Below are positions 39,001 through 54,000 of a DNA stretch of 64,000 nt, one piece after another. The DNA lies in contig JBNRSN020000018.1 of NCBI GenBank assembly GCA_051313645.2, positions 84,072,001 to 84,136,000 on the forward strand, written 5' to 3'. The notes below the pieces were generated by a model, which saw nothing but the letters and a program-made list of their open reading frames with translations, was not told the origin of the DNA and did no database searches. Numbering within the stretch: the first letter of the stretch is position 1; every line of letters starts with the position of its first letter. Made by a program: the position numbers and the translations under genes. The stretch is from Centroscyllium fabricii. Lineage: Eukaryota.

Positions 39001-42000
39001 AAACACGGGTTTCATTTTTACATCTTAGATATTTATTTCTAATTGTTTGCTTTAGAAATATTTGTGTCTCTGGTCATTACCTGGTAACTTATAGGGCAAC
39101 TTTTAGGAACTTGTGCTCCTGACATAGCATTTAGCGGAATGTGATGCAAAACAGAAATTTGATGCCAATCGAGGGATTATTTGGCGATGTGCATTTACTC
39201 GCATGCTCATGTTCACTTTCTGAGCCCCCGGCAAGCGAAGCTCCAAGCAAGAAAGGTGTATTATAGATTCTTATTTATTACCACATTTTCAGTTATCAAA
39301 ATTATTCATCACACAATGTCAACACTAAGGTTGTAAAACCATATCCAGGAATGAGAGAAAGTCATGTAGACAATCCATCTCACTCCATCATACAGGTTCA
39401 GCTGCAAAACACTATTGGACTATTCCTCACCGTACCCAGCACTGGTACAGGGCTCACCCGTTTTTGTTTCGATGCCCACTAGAAATTCGAGATGGGCGGC
39501 CTCTGGGCAGTCGGTTCTTTTTTAGAATGACTTTCCCTCTGCCACTGCTGCCCTTGGAAGCCGATGAAAATCACCCCTTGATCTTTCAAATGATGAGTGT
39601 AAAACAATTTGATGCTAGATCAGTCATAGAGTCAAATGTTGTGCTGGTTTGATATTCTTTGCACCATTGTGGTGAAATTGTGTAACTAGAATATGAAAAA
39701 GTATTTTGCAATCTGTATGGAAAAGCCATCAAACTTAGAATAGCTTTTATGTGCTCATGATGTTCCGGGCTAACATAGGGCTCTCCTGCATTATAAGCCA
39801 ATATTCTGTCCACACACATATCAAGAAAGTGACAAATGCATCAGTGGACATGGCCAGCAATTTCATATCTCTTCCCACTGAATAGAAACAGCAGCAGATC
39901 ATGTGTCTGGATATTGTGGTGAATGATCCTGCCATAATATTGAAATGAAAGCACCTCCCACTGACCTACATAGTCTGGTCAGGTCAGCTCTGGAGTTCCC
40001 TGGGAGGTGTGACCCTGGTATAATCGTCAGGGTTGCTGCCCGAGTATTTTCAGAGACACTGTTTATCTGGACAGCTGAGGGCAATATGGATCTGTCTATT
40101 GTAAGACGTTTCCACTGGCCATTGAAAACTCATGTTTCAGAAACTCCATTAACAGCTCGATCAAAACTATCTGACAATCCCAGACACTCTTATACTTGTG
40201 GAAATAATGTTCTTACTCTAAGGGCCATGAGCTAGTTGTATTCTCTGTCAGCTCAGATAATTTTATTGAGTAGATTTAGAGACAAGTGCATAGATTTAGT
40301 TTTTGCAACTTTTGTGCTCGGCTATGTGCAGCAGGAAAGTACGTTTTTAAACCTGATACAGACTCAGAGCCTCAGCGTGCAGTGTAACAGGTTGAAATGT
40401 TTTTCCTGCTCTATAGAAACGACATCACCAGAAGTGACACCGATTATCACTACGTCTACCACCAGCTACACTCCTGGTAAGTGACAGCGGTTTTATACCT
40501 TGCACCAAGTCTGTCTCCACAGTGGATTCTTTCTAACTCCATGTGGTCTGTCATTGAGGAGGTAACAAAACACAGCTTTCATTTCTACATCTTGGATATT
40601 TAATTTTAATTGTTTGCTTTAGAAATATTTGTATCTCTGGTCATTACCTTGTAACTTATTTGGCAACTTTTAGGAACTTGTGCTCCTGACATAATATTTA
40701 GCGAATGTGATGCAAATCAGACATTTGATGCCAATTGAAGGATTATTTTGCGATGTGCATTTACTCGCATGCTCATGTTCCCTTTCTGAGCCCCCGGCAA
40801 GCGAAGCTCCAAGCAAGAAAGGTGTATTATAGATTCTTATTTATTGCCACGTTTTCAGTTATCAAAATTATTCGTCACACAATGTCAACACTAAGGTTGG
40901 AAAACCATATCCAGGAATGAGAGAAAGTCATGTAGCTGATCCATCTCACCCCATCATACAGGTTCAGCTGCAAAACACTATTGGACTATTCCTCCCCATA
41001 CCCAGCCCTAGTACAGGGCTCGCCAGTTTTTGTTTCGATGCCCAGTAGAAATTCGAGATGGGCGGCCTCTGGGCAGTCAGTTCTTTTTTAGAATTACTTT
41101 CCCTTCGCCACTACTGCCCTTGGAAGCCGCTGAAAATCACTCCTTGATCTTTCAAATGATGAGTGTAAAACGAACATGATAAAACAATTTGATGCTAGAT
41201 CATCATAGAGTCAAATGTTGTGCTGGCTGGATATTCTTCGCACCATTGTTGTGAAATTGTGTAACTAGAATATGAAAAAGTATTTTGCAATGTGTATGGA
41301 AAAGCCATCAACCTTAGAATAGCTGTTATGTGTTCATGAAGTTCCGGGCTAGCATAGGGCTCTCCTGCATTATAAGCCAATATTCTGTCCACACACATAT
41401 CAAGAAAGTGACAAATGCATCAGTGGACATGACCAGCAATTACATATCTCTTCCCATTGAATAGAAACAGCAGCAGGGCATGTGTCTGAATATTGTGGTG
41501 AAGGTTCCTGCCATAATATTGAAATGACAGGATCTCCAACTGACCTACATACTCTGGTCAGGTCAACTCTGGAGGGCCCTGGGAGGTGTGACCCTGGTAT
41601 AATTGCCAGGGTTGCTGCCCGATTATTTTCAGAGACACTGTTTATCTGGACAGCTGAGGTCAGTATGGATCTGTCTATTGTAAGAAGTTTCCACTGGCCA
41701 TTGAAAACTCATGTTTCCTGGAACTCTATTAACAGCACGATCAAATCTATCTGACAATCCCAGACACTCTTATACTTGTGGAAATGATGTTCTTACTCTA
41801 AGGGCCATGAGCTAGTTGTATTCTCTGTCAGCTCAGATAATTTTATTGAGTAGATTTAGATACAAGTGTATAGATTTAATTTTTGCAACTTTTGTGCTCG
41901 GCTATGTGCAGCAGGAAAGTACGTTTTTAAACCTATTACTGACCCAGAGCCTCAGCGTGCAGTGTAACATGTTGAAATGTTTTTCCTGCTCTATAGAAAC

Positions 42001-45000
42001 TACATCACCAGAAGTGACACCGATTATCACTACGTCTACCATCAGCTACACTCCTGGTAAGTGACACTGGTTTTATACCTTGCACCAATCCTGCCTCCAC
42101 AGTGGATTGTTTCTAACTCCATGTGGTCTGTCATTGAGGAGATAACAAAACACAGCTTTCATTTTTACATCTCAGATATTTATTTATAATTGTTTGCTTT
42201 AGAAATATTTGTATCTCTGGTCATTACCTGGTAACTTATAGGGCAACCTTTAGGAACTTGTGCTCCTGACATAACATTTAGCGGAATGTGATGCAAATCA
42301 GAAATTTGATGCCAATTGAAGGATTATTGTGCGATATGCATTTACTCGCATGCCCATGTTTCCTTTCTGAGCCCCCGGCAAGCGAAGCTTCGAGTAAGAA
42401 AGGTGTATTGTAGATTCTTATTTAGCGCCATTTTTTCAGTTATCAAAATTATTCGTCACACAATGTCAACACTAAGGTTGGAAAACCAAATCCAGGAATG
42501 AGAGAAAGTCGTGTGGACAATCCATCCACCCCATCATACAGGTTCATCTGCAAAACTCTATTGGACTATTCCTCACCGTACCCAGCCCTAGTACAGGGCT
42601 CGCCAGTTTTTGTTTCGATGCCCAGTAGAAATTTGAGATGGGCGGCCTCTGGGCAGTCGGTTCTTTGTTAGAATGACTTTCCCTTTGCCACTGCTGCCCT
42701 TGGAAGCCGATGAAAATCACCCCTTGATCTTTCAAATGATGAGTGTAAAACAATTTGATGCTAGATCAGTCATAGAGTCAAATGTTGTGCTGGTTTGATA
42801 TTCTTCGCACCATTGTGGTGAAATTGTGTAACTAGAATATGAAAAAGTATTTTGCAATCTGTATGGAAAAGCCATCAAACTTAGAATAGCTTTTATGTGC
42901 TCATGATGTTCTGGGCTATCATAGCGCTCTCCTGCATTATAAGCCAATATTCTGTCCACACACATATCAAGAAAGTGACAAATGCATCAGTGGACATGGC
43001 CAGCAATTTCATATCTCTTCCCACTGAATAGAAACAGCAGCAGATCATGTGTCTGGATATTGTGGTGAATGATCCTGCCATAATATTGAAATGAAAGCAC
43101 CTCCCACTGACCTACATAGTCTGGTCAGGTCAGCTCTGGAGTTCCCTGGGAGGTGTGACCCTGGTATAATCGTCAGGGTTGCTGCCCGAGTATTTTCAGA
43201 GACACTGTTTATCTGGACAGCTGAGGGCAATATGGATCTGTCTATTGTAAGACGTTTCCACTGGCCATTGAAAACTCATGTTTCAGAAACTCCATTAACA
43301 GGTCGATCAAAACTATCTGACAATCCCAGACACTCTTATACTTGTGGAAATAATGTTCTTACTCTAAGGGCCATGAGCTAGTTGTATTCTCTGTCAGCTC
43401 AGACAATTTTATTGAGTAGAGTTAGATACAAGTGCATAGATTTAGTTTTTGCAACTTTTGTGCTCGGCTATGTGCAGCAGGAAAGTACGTTTTTAAACCT
43501 GATACAGGCTCAGAGCCTCAGCGTGCAGTGTAACAGGTTGAAATGTTTTTCCTGCTCTATAGAAACGACATCACCAGAAGTGACACCGATTATCACTACG
43601 TCTACCACCAGCTACACTCCTGGTAAGTGACAGCGGTTTTATACCTTGCACCAAGTCTGTCTCCACAGTGGATTCTTTCTAACTCCATGTGGTCTGTCAT
43701 TGAGGAGGTAACAAAACACAGCTTTCATTTCTACATCTTGGATATTTAATTTTAATTGTTTGCTTTAGAAATATTTGTATCTCTGGTCATTACCTTGTAA
43801 CTTATTGGGCAACTTTTAGGAACTTGTGCTCCTGACATAATATTTAGCGAATGTGATGCAAATCAGACATTTGATGCCAATTGAAGGATTATTTTGCGAT
43901 GTGCATTTACTCGCATGCTCATGTTCCCTTTCTGAGCCCCCGGCAAGCGAAGCTCCAAGCAAGAAAGGTGTATTATAGATTCTTATTTATTGCCACGTTT
44001 TCAGTTATCAAAATTATTCGTCACACAATGTCAACACTAAGGTTGGAAAACCATATTCAGGAATGAGAGAAAGTCATGTAGCTGATCCATCTCACCCCAT
44101 CATACAGGTTCAGCTGCAAAACACTATTGGACTATTCCTCCCCATACCCAGCCCTAGTACAGGGCTCGCCAGTTTTTGTTTCGATGCCCAGTAGAAATTC
44201 GAGATGGGCGGCCTCTGGGCAGTCGGTTCTTTGTTAGAATTACTTTCCCTTCGCCACTACTGCCCTTGGAAGCCGCTGAAAATCACTCCTTGATCTTTCA
44301 AATGATGAGTGTAAAACGAACATGATAAAACAATTTGATGCTAGATCATCATAGAGTCAAATGTTGTGCTGGCTGGATATTCTTCGCACCATTGTTGTGA
44401 AATTGTGTAACTAGAATATGAAAAAGTATTTTGCAATGTGTATGGAAAAGCCATCAACCTTAGAATAGCTGTTATGTGTTCATGAAGTTCCGGGCTAGCA
44501 TAGGGCTCTCCTGCATTATAAGCCAATATTCTGTCCACACACATATCAAGAAAGTGACAAATGCATCAGTGGACATGACCAGCAATTACATATCTCTTCC
44601 CATTGAATAGAAACAGCAGCAGGGCATGTGTCTGAATATTGTGGTGAAGGTTCCTGCCATAATATTGAAATGACAGGATCTCCAACTGACCTACATACTC
44701 TGGTCAGGTCAACTCTGGAGGGCCCTGGGAGGTGTGACCCTGGTATAATTGCCAGGGCTGCTGCCCAATTATTTTCAGAGACACTGTTTATCTGGACAGC
44801 TGAGGTCAGTATGGATCTTTCTATTGTAAGAAGTTTCCAATGGCCATTGAAAACTCATGTTTCCTGGAACTCTATTAACAGCACGATCAAATCTATCTGA
44901 CAATCCCAGACACTCTTATACTTGTGGAAATGATGTTCTTACTCTAAGGGCCATGAGCTAGTTGTATTCTCTGTCAGCTCAGATAATTTTATTGAGTAGA

Positions 45001-48000
45001 TTTAGATACAAGTGTATAGATTTAATTTTTGCAACTTTTGTGCTCGGCTATGTGCAGCAGGAAAGTACGTTTTTAAACCTATTACTGACCCAGAGCCTCA
45101 GCGTGCAGTGTAACATGTTGAAATGTTTTTCCTGCTCTATAGAAACTACATCACCAGAAGTGACACCGATTATCACTACGTCTACCATCAGCTACACTCC
45201 TGGTAAGTGACACTGGTTTTATACCTTGCCCCAATCCTGCCTCCACAGTGGATTGTTTCTAACTCCATGTGGTCTGTCATTGAGGAGATAACAAAACACA
45301 GCTTTCATTTTTACATCTCAGATATTTATTTATAATTGTTTGCTTTAGAAATATTTGTATCTCTGGTCATTACCTGATAACTTATAGTGCAACCTTTAGG
45401 AACTTGTGCTCCTGACATAACATTTAGCGGAATGTGATGCAAATCAGAAATTTGATGCCAATTGAAGGATTATTGTGCGATGTGCATTTACTCGCATGCC
45501 CATGTTCACTTTCTGAGCCCCTGGCAAGCGAAGCTTCGAGCAAGAAAGGTGTATTATAGATTCTTATTTAGCGCCACGTTTTCAGTTTTGAAAATTATTC
45601 ATCACACAATGTCAACACTAAGGTTGTAAAACCATATCCAGGAATGAGAGAAAGTCATGTCGACAATCCATTCACCCCATCATACAAGTTCAGCTGCAAA
45701 ACACTATTGGACTATTCCTCACCGTACCCAGCCCTAGTACAGGGCTCACCCGTTTTTGTTTCGATGCCCACTAGAAATTCGAGATGGGCGGCCTCTGGGC
45801 AGTCGGTTCTTTTTTAGAATGACTTTCCCTCTGCCACTGCTGCCCTTGGAAGCCGATGAAAATCACCCCTTGATATTTCAAATGATGCGTGTAAAACTAA
45901 CATGATAAAACAATTTGATGCTAGATCAGTCATAGAGTCAAATGTTGTGCTGGCTTGATATTCTTCGCAACATTGTGGTGAAATTGTGTAACTAGAATAT
46001 GAAAAAGTATTTTGCAATCTGTATGGAAAAGCCATCAACCTTAGAATAGCTTTTATGTGTTCATGAAGGTCTGGGCTATCATAGGGCTCTTCTGCATTAT
46101 AAGCCAATATTCTGTCCATACACATATCAAGAAAGCGACAAATGCATCAGTGGACATGGCCAGCAATTTCATATCTCTTCCCACTGAATAGAAACAGCAG
46201 CAGGGCATGTGTCTGAATATTGTGGTGAAGGTCCTGGCCATAATATTGAAATGACAGGACCTCCCACTAACCTACATACCCTGGTCAGGTCAGCTCTGGA
46301 GGGCCCTGGGAGGTGTGACCCTGGTATAATCGCCAGGATTGCTGCTCGAGTATTTTCAGAGACACTGTTTTTCTGGACAGCTGAGGTCAGTATGGATCTG
46401 TCTATTGTAAGAAGTTTCCACTGGCCATTGCAAACTCATGTTTCCAGGAACTCCATTAACAGCACGATCAAATCTATCTGACAATCCCAGACACTCTTAT
46501 ACTTGTGGAAATGATGTTCTTACTCTAAGGGCCATGAGCTAGTTGTATTCTCTGTCAGCTCAGATAATTTTATTGAGTAGATTTAGAGACAAGTGTATAG
46601 ATTTAATTTTTGCAACTTTTGTGCTCGGCTATGTTCAGCAGGAAAGTAAGTATTTAAACCTATTACTGACTCAGAGCCTCAGCGTGCAGTCTAACAGGTT
46701 GAAATGTGTATCCTGCTCTATAGAAACTACAGCACCAGAAGTGACACCGATTATCACTGCGTCAACCAGCAGCTACACTCCTGGTAAGTGACAGCGGTTT
46801 TATACCTTGCACCAAGTCTGTCTCCACAGTGGATTGTTTCTAACTCCATGTGGTCTGCCATTGAGGAGATAACAAACCACGGGTTTCATTTTTACATCTT
46901 AGATATTTATTTCTAATTGTTTGCTTTAGAAATATTTGTATCTCTGGTCATTACCTGGTAACTTATAGGGCAACTTTTAGGAACTTGTGCTCCTGACATA
47001 ACATTTAGCGGAATGTGATGCAAAACAGAAATTTGATGCCAATCGAAGGATTATTTTGCGATGTGCATTTACTCGCATGCTCATGTTCACTTTCTGAGCC
47101 CCCGGCAAGCGAAGCTCCAAGCAAGAATGGTATATTATAGATTCTTATTTATTACCACGTTTTCAGTTTTGAAAAATATTCATCACACAATGTCAACACT
47201 AAGGTTGTAAAACCATATCCAGGAATGAGAGAAAGTCATGTAGACAATCCATTCACCCCATCATACAGGTTCAGCTGCAAAACACTATTGGACTATTCCT
47301 CACCGTACCCAGCCCTGGTACAGGGCTCACCCGTTTTTGTTTCGATGCCCACTAGAAATTCGAGATGGGCGGCCTCTGGGCAGTCGGTTCTTTTTTAGAA
47401 TGACTTTCCCTCTGCCACTGCTGCCCTTGGAAGCCGATGAAAATCACCCGTTGATCTTTCAAATGATGAGTGTAAAACAATTTGATGCTAGATCAGTCAT
47501 AGAGTCAAATGTTGTGCTGGTTTGATATTCTTTGCACCATTGTGGTGAAATTGTGTAACTAGAATATGAAAAAGTATTTTGCAATCTGTATGGAAAAGCC
47601 ATCAAACTTAGAATAGCTTTTATGTGCTCATGATGTTCCGGGCTAACATAGGGCTCTCCTGCATTATAAGCCAATATTCTGTCCACACACATATCAAGAA
47701 AGTGACAAATGCATCAGTGGACATGGCCAGCAATTTCATATCTCTTCCCACTGAATAGAAACAGCAGCAGATCATGTGTCTGGATATTGTGGTGAATGAT
47801 CCTGCCATAATATTGAAATGAAAGCACCTCCCACTGACCTACATAGTCTGGTCAGGTCAGCTCTGGAGTTCCCTGGGAGGTGTGACCCTGGTATAATCGT
47901 CAGGGTTGCTGCCCGAGTATTTTCAGAGACACTGTTTATCTGGACAGCTGAGGGCAATATGGATCTGTCTATTGTAAGACGTTTCCACTGGCCATTGAAA

Positions 48001-51000
48001 ACTCATGTTTCAGAAACTCCATTAACAGCTCGATCAAAACTATCTGACAATCCCAGACACTCTTATACTTGTGGAAATAATGTTCTTACTCTAAGGGCCA
48101 TGAGCTAGTTGTATTCTCTGTCAGCTCAGACAATTTTATTGAGTAGATTTAGATACAAGTGCATAGATTTAGTTTTTGCAACTTTTGTGCTCGGCTATGT
48201 GCAGCAGGAAAGTACGTTTTTAAACCTGATACAGACTCAGAGCCTCAGCGTGCAGTGTAACAGGTTGAAATGTTTTTCCTGCTCTATAGAAACGACATCA
48301 CCAGAAGTGACACCGATTATCACTACGTCTACCACCAGCTACACTCCTGGTAAGTGACAGCGGTTTTATACCTTGCACCAAGTCTGTCTCCACAGTGGAT
48401 TCTTTCTAACTCCATGTGGTCTGTCATTGAGGAGGTAACAAAACACAGCTTTCATTTCTACATCTTGGATATTTAATTTTAATTGTTTGCTTTAGAAATA
48501 TTTGTATCTCTGGTCATTACCTTGTAACTTATTTGGCAACTTTTAGGAACTTGTGCTCCTGACATAATATTTAGCGAATGTGAATCAAATCAGACATTTG
48601 ATGCCAATTGAAGGATTATTTTGCGATGTGCATTTACTCGCATGCTCATGTTCCCTTTCTGAGCCCCCGGCAAGCGAAGCTCCAAGCAAGAAAGGTGTAT
48701 TATAGATTCTTATTTATTGCCACGTTTTCAGTTATCAAAATTATTCGTCACACAATGTCAACACTAAGGTTGGAAAACCATATCCAGGAATGAGAGAAAG
48801 TCATGTAGCTGATCCATCTCACCCCATCATACAGGTTCAGCTGCAAAACACTATTGGACTATTCCTCCCCATACCCAGCCCTAGTACAGGGCTCGCCAGT
48901 TTTTGTTTCGATGCCCAGTAGAAATTCGAGATGGGCGGCCTCTGGGCAGTCAGTTCTTTTTTAGAATTACTTTCCCTTCGCCACTACTGCCCTTGGAAGC
49001 CGCTGAAAATCACTCCTTGATCTTTCAAATGATGAGTGTAAAACGAACATGATAAAACCATTTGATGCTAGATCATCATAGAGTCAAATGTTGTGCTGGC
49101 TGGATATTCTTCGCACCATTGTTGTGAAATTGTGTAACTAGAATATGAAAAAGTATTTTGCAATGTGTATGGAAAAGCCATCAACCTTAGAATAGCTGTT
49201 ATGTGTTCATGAAGTTCCGGGCTAGCATAGGGCTCTCCTGCATTATAAGCCAATATTCTGTCCACACACATATCAAGAAAGTGACAAATGCATCAGTGGA
49301 CATGACCAGCAATTACATATCTCTTCCCATTGAATAGAAACAGCAGCAGGGCATGTGTCTGAATATTGTGGTGAAGGTTCCTGCCATAATATTGAAATGA
49401 CAGGACCTCCCACTGACATACATACTCTGGTCAGGTCAACTCTGGAGGGCCCTGGGAGGTGTGACCCTGGTATAATCGCCAGGGTTGCTGCCCGATTATT
49501 TTCAGAGACACTGTTTATCTGGACAGCTGAGGTCAGTATGGATCTGTCTATTGTAAGAAGTTTCCACTGGCCATTGAAAACTCATGTTTCCTGGAACTCC
49601 ATTAACAGCACGATCAAATCTATCTGACAATCCCAGACACTCTTATACTTGTGGAAATGATGTTCTTACTCTAAGGGCCATGAGCTAGTTGTATTCTCTG
49701 TCAGCTCAGATAATTTTATTGAGTAGATTTAGATACAAGTGTATAGATTTAATTTTTGCAACTTTTGTGCTCGGCCATGTGCAGCAGGAAAGTACGTTTT
49801 TAAACCTATTACTGACCCAGAGCCTCAGTGTGCAGTGTAACATGTTGAAATGTTTTTCCTGCTCTATAGAAACTACATCACCAGAAGTGACACCGATTAT
49901 CACTACGTCTACCATCAGCTACACTCCTGGTAAGTGACACTGGTTTTATACCTTGCACCAATCCTGCCTCCACAGTGGATTGTTTCTAACTCCATGTGGT
50001 CTGTCATTGAGGAGATAACAAAACACAGCTTTCATTTTTACATCTCAGATATTTATTTATAATTGTTTGCTTTAGAAATATTTGTATCTCTGGTCATTAC
50101 CTGGTAACTTATAGGGCAACCTTTAGGAACTTGTGCTCCTGACATAACATTTAGCGGAATGTGATGCAAATCAGAAATTTGATGCCAATTGAAGGATTAT
50201 TGTGCGATGTGCATTTACTCGCATGCCCATGTTCCCTTTCTGAGACCCCGGCAAGCGAAGCTTCGAGCAAGAAAGGTGTATTATAGATTCTTATTTAGCG
50301 CCATTTTTTCAGTTATCAAAATTATTCGTCACACAATGTCAACACTAAGGTTGGAAAACCAAATCCAGGAATGAGAGAAAGTCGTGTGGACAATCCATCC
50401 ACCCCATCATACAGGTTCATCTGCAAAACTCTATTGGACTTTTCCTCACCGTACCCAGCCCTAGTACAGGGCTCGCCAGTTTTTGTTTCGATGCCCAGTA
50501 GAAATTCGAGATGGGCGGCCTCTGGGCAGTCGGTTCTTTGTTAGAATGACTTTCCCTTCGCCACAGCTGCCCTTGGAAGCCGATGAAAATCACCCCTTGA
50601 TATTTCAAATGATGCGTGTAAAACTAACATGATAAAACAATTTGATGCTAGATCAGTCATAGAGTCAAATGTTGTGCTGGCTTGATATTCTTCGCAGCAT
50701 TGTGGTGAAATTGTGTAACTAGAATATGAAAAAGTATTTTGCAATCTGTATGGAAAAGCCATCAACCTTAGAATAGCTGTTATGTGTTCATGAAGGTCTG
50801 GGCTATCATAGGGCTCTTCTGCATTATAAGCCAATATTCTGTCCATACACATATCAAGAAAGTGACAAATGCATCAGTGGACATGGCCAGCAATTTCATA
50901 TCTCTTCCCACTGAATAGAAACAGCAGCAGGGCATGTGTCTGAATATTGTGGTGAAGGTCCCGGCCATAATATTGAAATGACAGGACCTCCCACTAACCT

Positions 51001-54000
51001 ACATACCCTGGTCAGGTCAGCTCTGGAGGGCCCTGGGAGGTGTGACCCTGGTATAATCGCCAGGGTTGCTGCCTGAGTATTTTCAGAGACACTGTTTTTC
51101 TGGACAGCTGAGGTCAGTATGGATCTGTCTATTGTAAGAAGTTTCCACTGGCCATTGAAAACTCATGTTTCCAGGAACTCCATTAACAGCACGATCAAAT
51201 CTATCTGACAATCCCAGACACTCTTATACTTGTGGAAATCATAGAATCATAGAATCATAGAAACTTTACAGTGCGGATAAAGGCCATTCGGCCCATCCAG
51301 TCTGCACCGGCCCAGGAAACTCCTCACTATACTAACCCCATTTGCCCGCATCTGGCCCATAACCCTGTATGTTACGGTCCTTCATGTGCTGGTCCATATT
51401 TTTTTTAAATGTTGCGATGTTTTCTGCCTCCACCACCCTTACAGGCAGGGAGTTCCACACTTCCACCACCCTCTGAGTAAAGAAATTTCTCCTTACCTCC
51501 CCCCTAAACCTCCCCCCCCTAATCTTGAATCCATGTCCCCTGGTACTTGACTCTCCCACCAAGGGAAACAATGCCCCTTTATCCACCTTATCGTGTCCCC
51601 TCATGATCCTGTATACCTCGATCATGTCACCCCTCAATCTTCTCTTCTCCAAGGCAAACAACCCCAGCCTGTCCAGCCTTTCCTCGTAGCGTAAGTCCCC
51701 CAGACCAGGTATCATCCTGGTAAACCTTCTCTGCACCCTCTCCAGGGCAACCACATCCTTCCTGAAGTGCGGTGACCAGAACTGCACACAGTACTCCAGC
51801 TGAGGTCTCACCAGCGTGTTGTACAAGTTTAACATTACCTCCCTACTTTTGTACACTATGCCCTGGTTAATAAAGGCCAGAATTCCGTATGCCTTCTTAA
51901 CCACCTTGTTTACGTGTCCAGCAACCTTCAGGGAGCTGTGCACCTGTACCCCAAGGTCCCTCTATTCCTCGGTCCTACCTAACATTTTTTTGTTCATGGT
52001 ATATTCCCTTACCCCATTTGGTCTGCCGAATTGTATGACCTCGCATTTCTCTGGGTTGAACTCCATTTGCCATTTTTCTGCCCAACTAACCATTACATTT
52101 ATATCTTCCTGGAGCCTTTTACTATCTTCATCGTTATTTACCACCCTTCCAATTTTCGTATCATCAGCAAATTTGCTGATCATACCCCCTACTCCCGTGT
52201 CCAAATCATTAATGTATACTAGAAACAGTAAGGGTCCCAAAACCGATCCTTGGGGGACTCCGCTGGTTACTGGTTTCCAGTCACAGAAGCAGCCCTCTAC
52301 CATTACCCTTTGTCTCCTGTCCCCCAGCCAATTTTGAATCCACTGTGCCACGTTGCCCTGTATCCCATGTGCTTTTACCTTTGTTATCAGTCTCCTATGT
52401 GGGACTTTATCAAAAGCCTTGCTGAAGTCCATATACACCACGTCGACCGTACTCCCTTCATCCACCCTTTTTGTTACCTCTTCGAAGAATTCCAAGAGAT
52501 TAGTTAGGCACGACTTACCTTTGACGAAGCCATGTTGACTATCTCTTATCAGACCCTGCCTTTCCAAATGCAGACTGATTTTGTCCCTCAGAATTTTTTC
52601 CATTACTTTCCCCACTACAGATGTAAGACTGATTGGCCTATAGTTACCCGGTTTGTCCCTACTACCCTTTTTAAACAGGGGTACTACATTAGCCGTTCTC
52701 CAGTCCTCGGGTACCTCCCCTGACGCGAGAGAGGACCTGAAAATTTGAGACAGGGGGCCCGCAAGCTCTTCCCTGGCCTCGAACAGCAGCCTGGGGAACA
52801 TCGCGTCCGGCCCTGGTGATTTGTCTACCTTTAAGCTTCCCAAGATTTCTAGTACTTCTTCCCTTGTAATGGTAATATCCTCAATTACCCCCCCTACACT
52901 CTGTCCGATTACGATGTCGGTTCCGTCCCTCTCTCTTGTGAATACTGAAGAGAAAAATTCGTTTAGTACCTCCCCCACCGCCTCGGGCTCGACGCACAGC
53001 TTTCCGCTATCGTCCTTAATGGGCCCCACTCTTTCCCTCGTGATCCTTTTGTTTTTTATATAACTGTAAAATGCCTTAGGGTTATCCTTGATTTTGCCGG
53101 CCATTGCAATCTCATGACCCCTCTTGGCTTTTCTTATCTCCTTCTTTAATTCCCCCCTATACTTCTTATACTCCCCTAGCGCCTCCTCAGTTTTTAGCCG
53201 TTTATATTCATTGAAGGCCCCCCTTTTTTTCTTCATTAATTTACATATATCCCTAGACATCCAAGGTTCCCTTTGTTTACCTCCCCTGCCCTTGATTTTT
53301 GCAGGAACATGTTCCTCCTGTATCTTCCCGACCTTCCCTCTGAAGGCCTCCCACTGCTCTGATGCAGATCTTCCTCTGAGAAGATGGCCCCAGTCTACTG
53401 CGGCTACATCGCGCCTAATTTTAATGAAATCCGCCTTCCCCCAGTTTAGTACTTTTACCCCTGGTCCATTTTTATCCTTCTCTATTACAATCTTGAAACT
53501 AACTGAATTGTGGTCGCTATCCCCGAAGTGCTCCCCCACTGTTACCTCCTCTATCTGCCCGTCTTCGTTCCCAAGTATTAGGTCTAGTACCGCTCCCCCC
53601 CTTGTAGGTGACCCAACATATTGCTTCAAAAAACTCTCTTGGCTGCATTTTAAGAATGCTGAACCTTCCGTGCCCCTCACACTCTGACAATCCCAGTTGA
53701 TGTTGGGGAAATTAAAGTCCCCTAATATTATTACTTTGTTATTTTCGCTTATCTTCGTGATTTGCTCACATATCTTACCCTCCATCTCCCCATTACTGTT
53801 TGGTGGTCTATAATATACTCCCAGTAAGGTGCCCCCCCCCTTTTTATTTTTTACCTCCACCCATAGTGCCTCGTTTGAGGAATCATCCATTAGGTCGACC
53901 CGCCTGATGGCTGTGATTGAATCCTTAATCAGTATCGCTACCCCCCCTCCCCTTTTTCCCTCGTCTCTGTCCCGCCTGAAAATTCTATACCCCGGAATAT

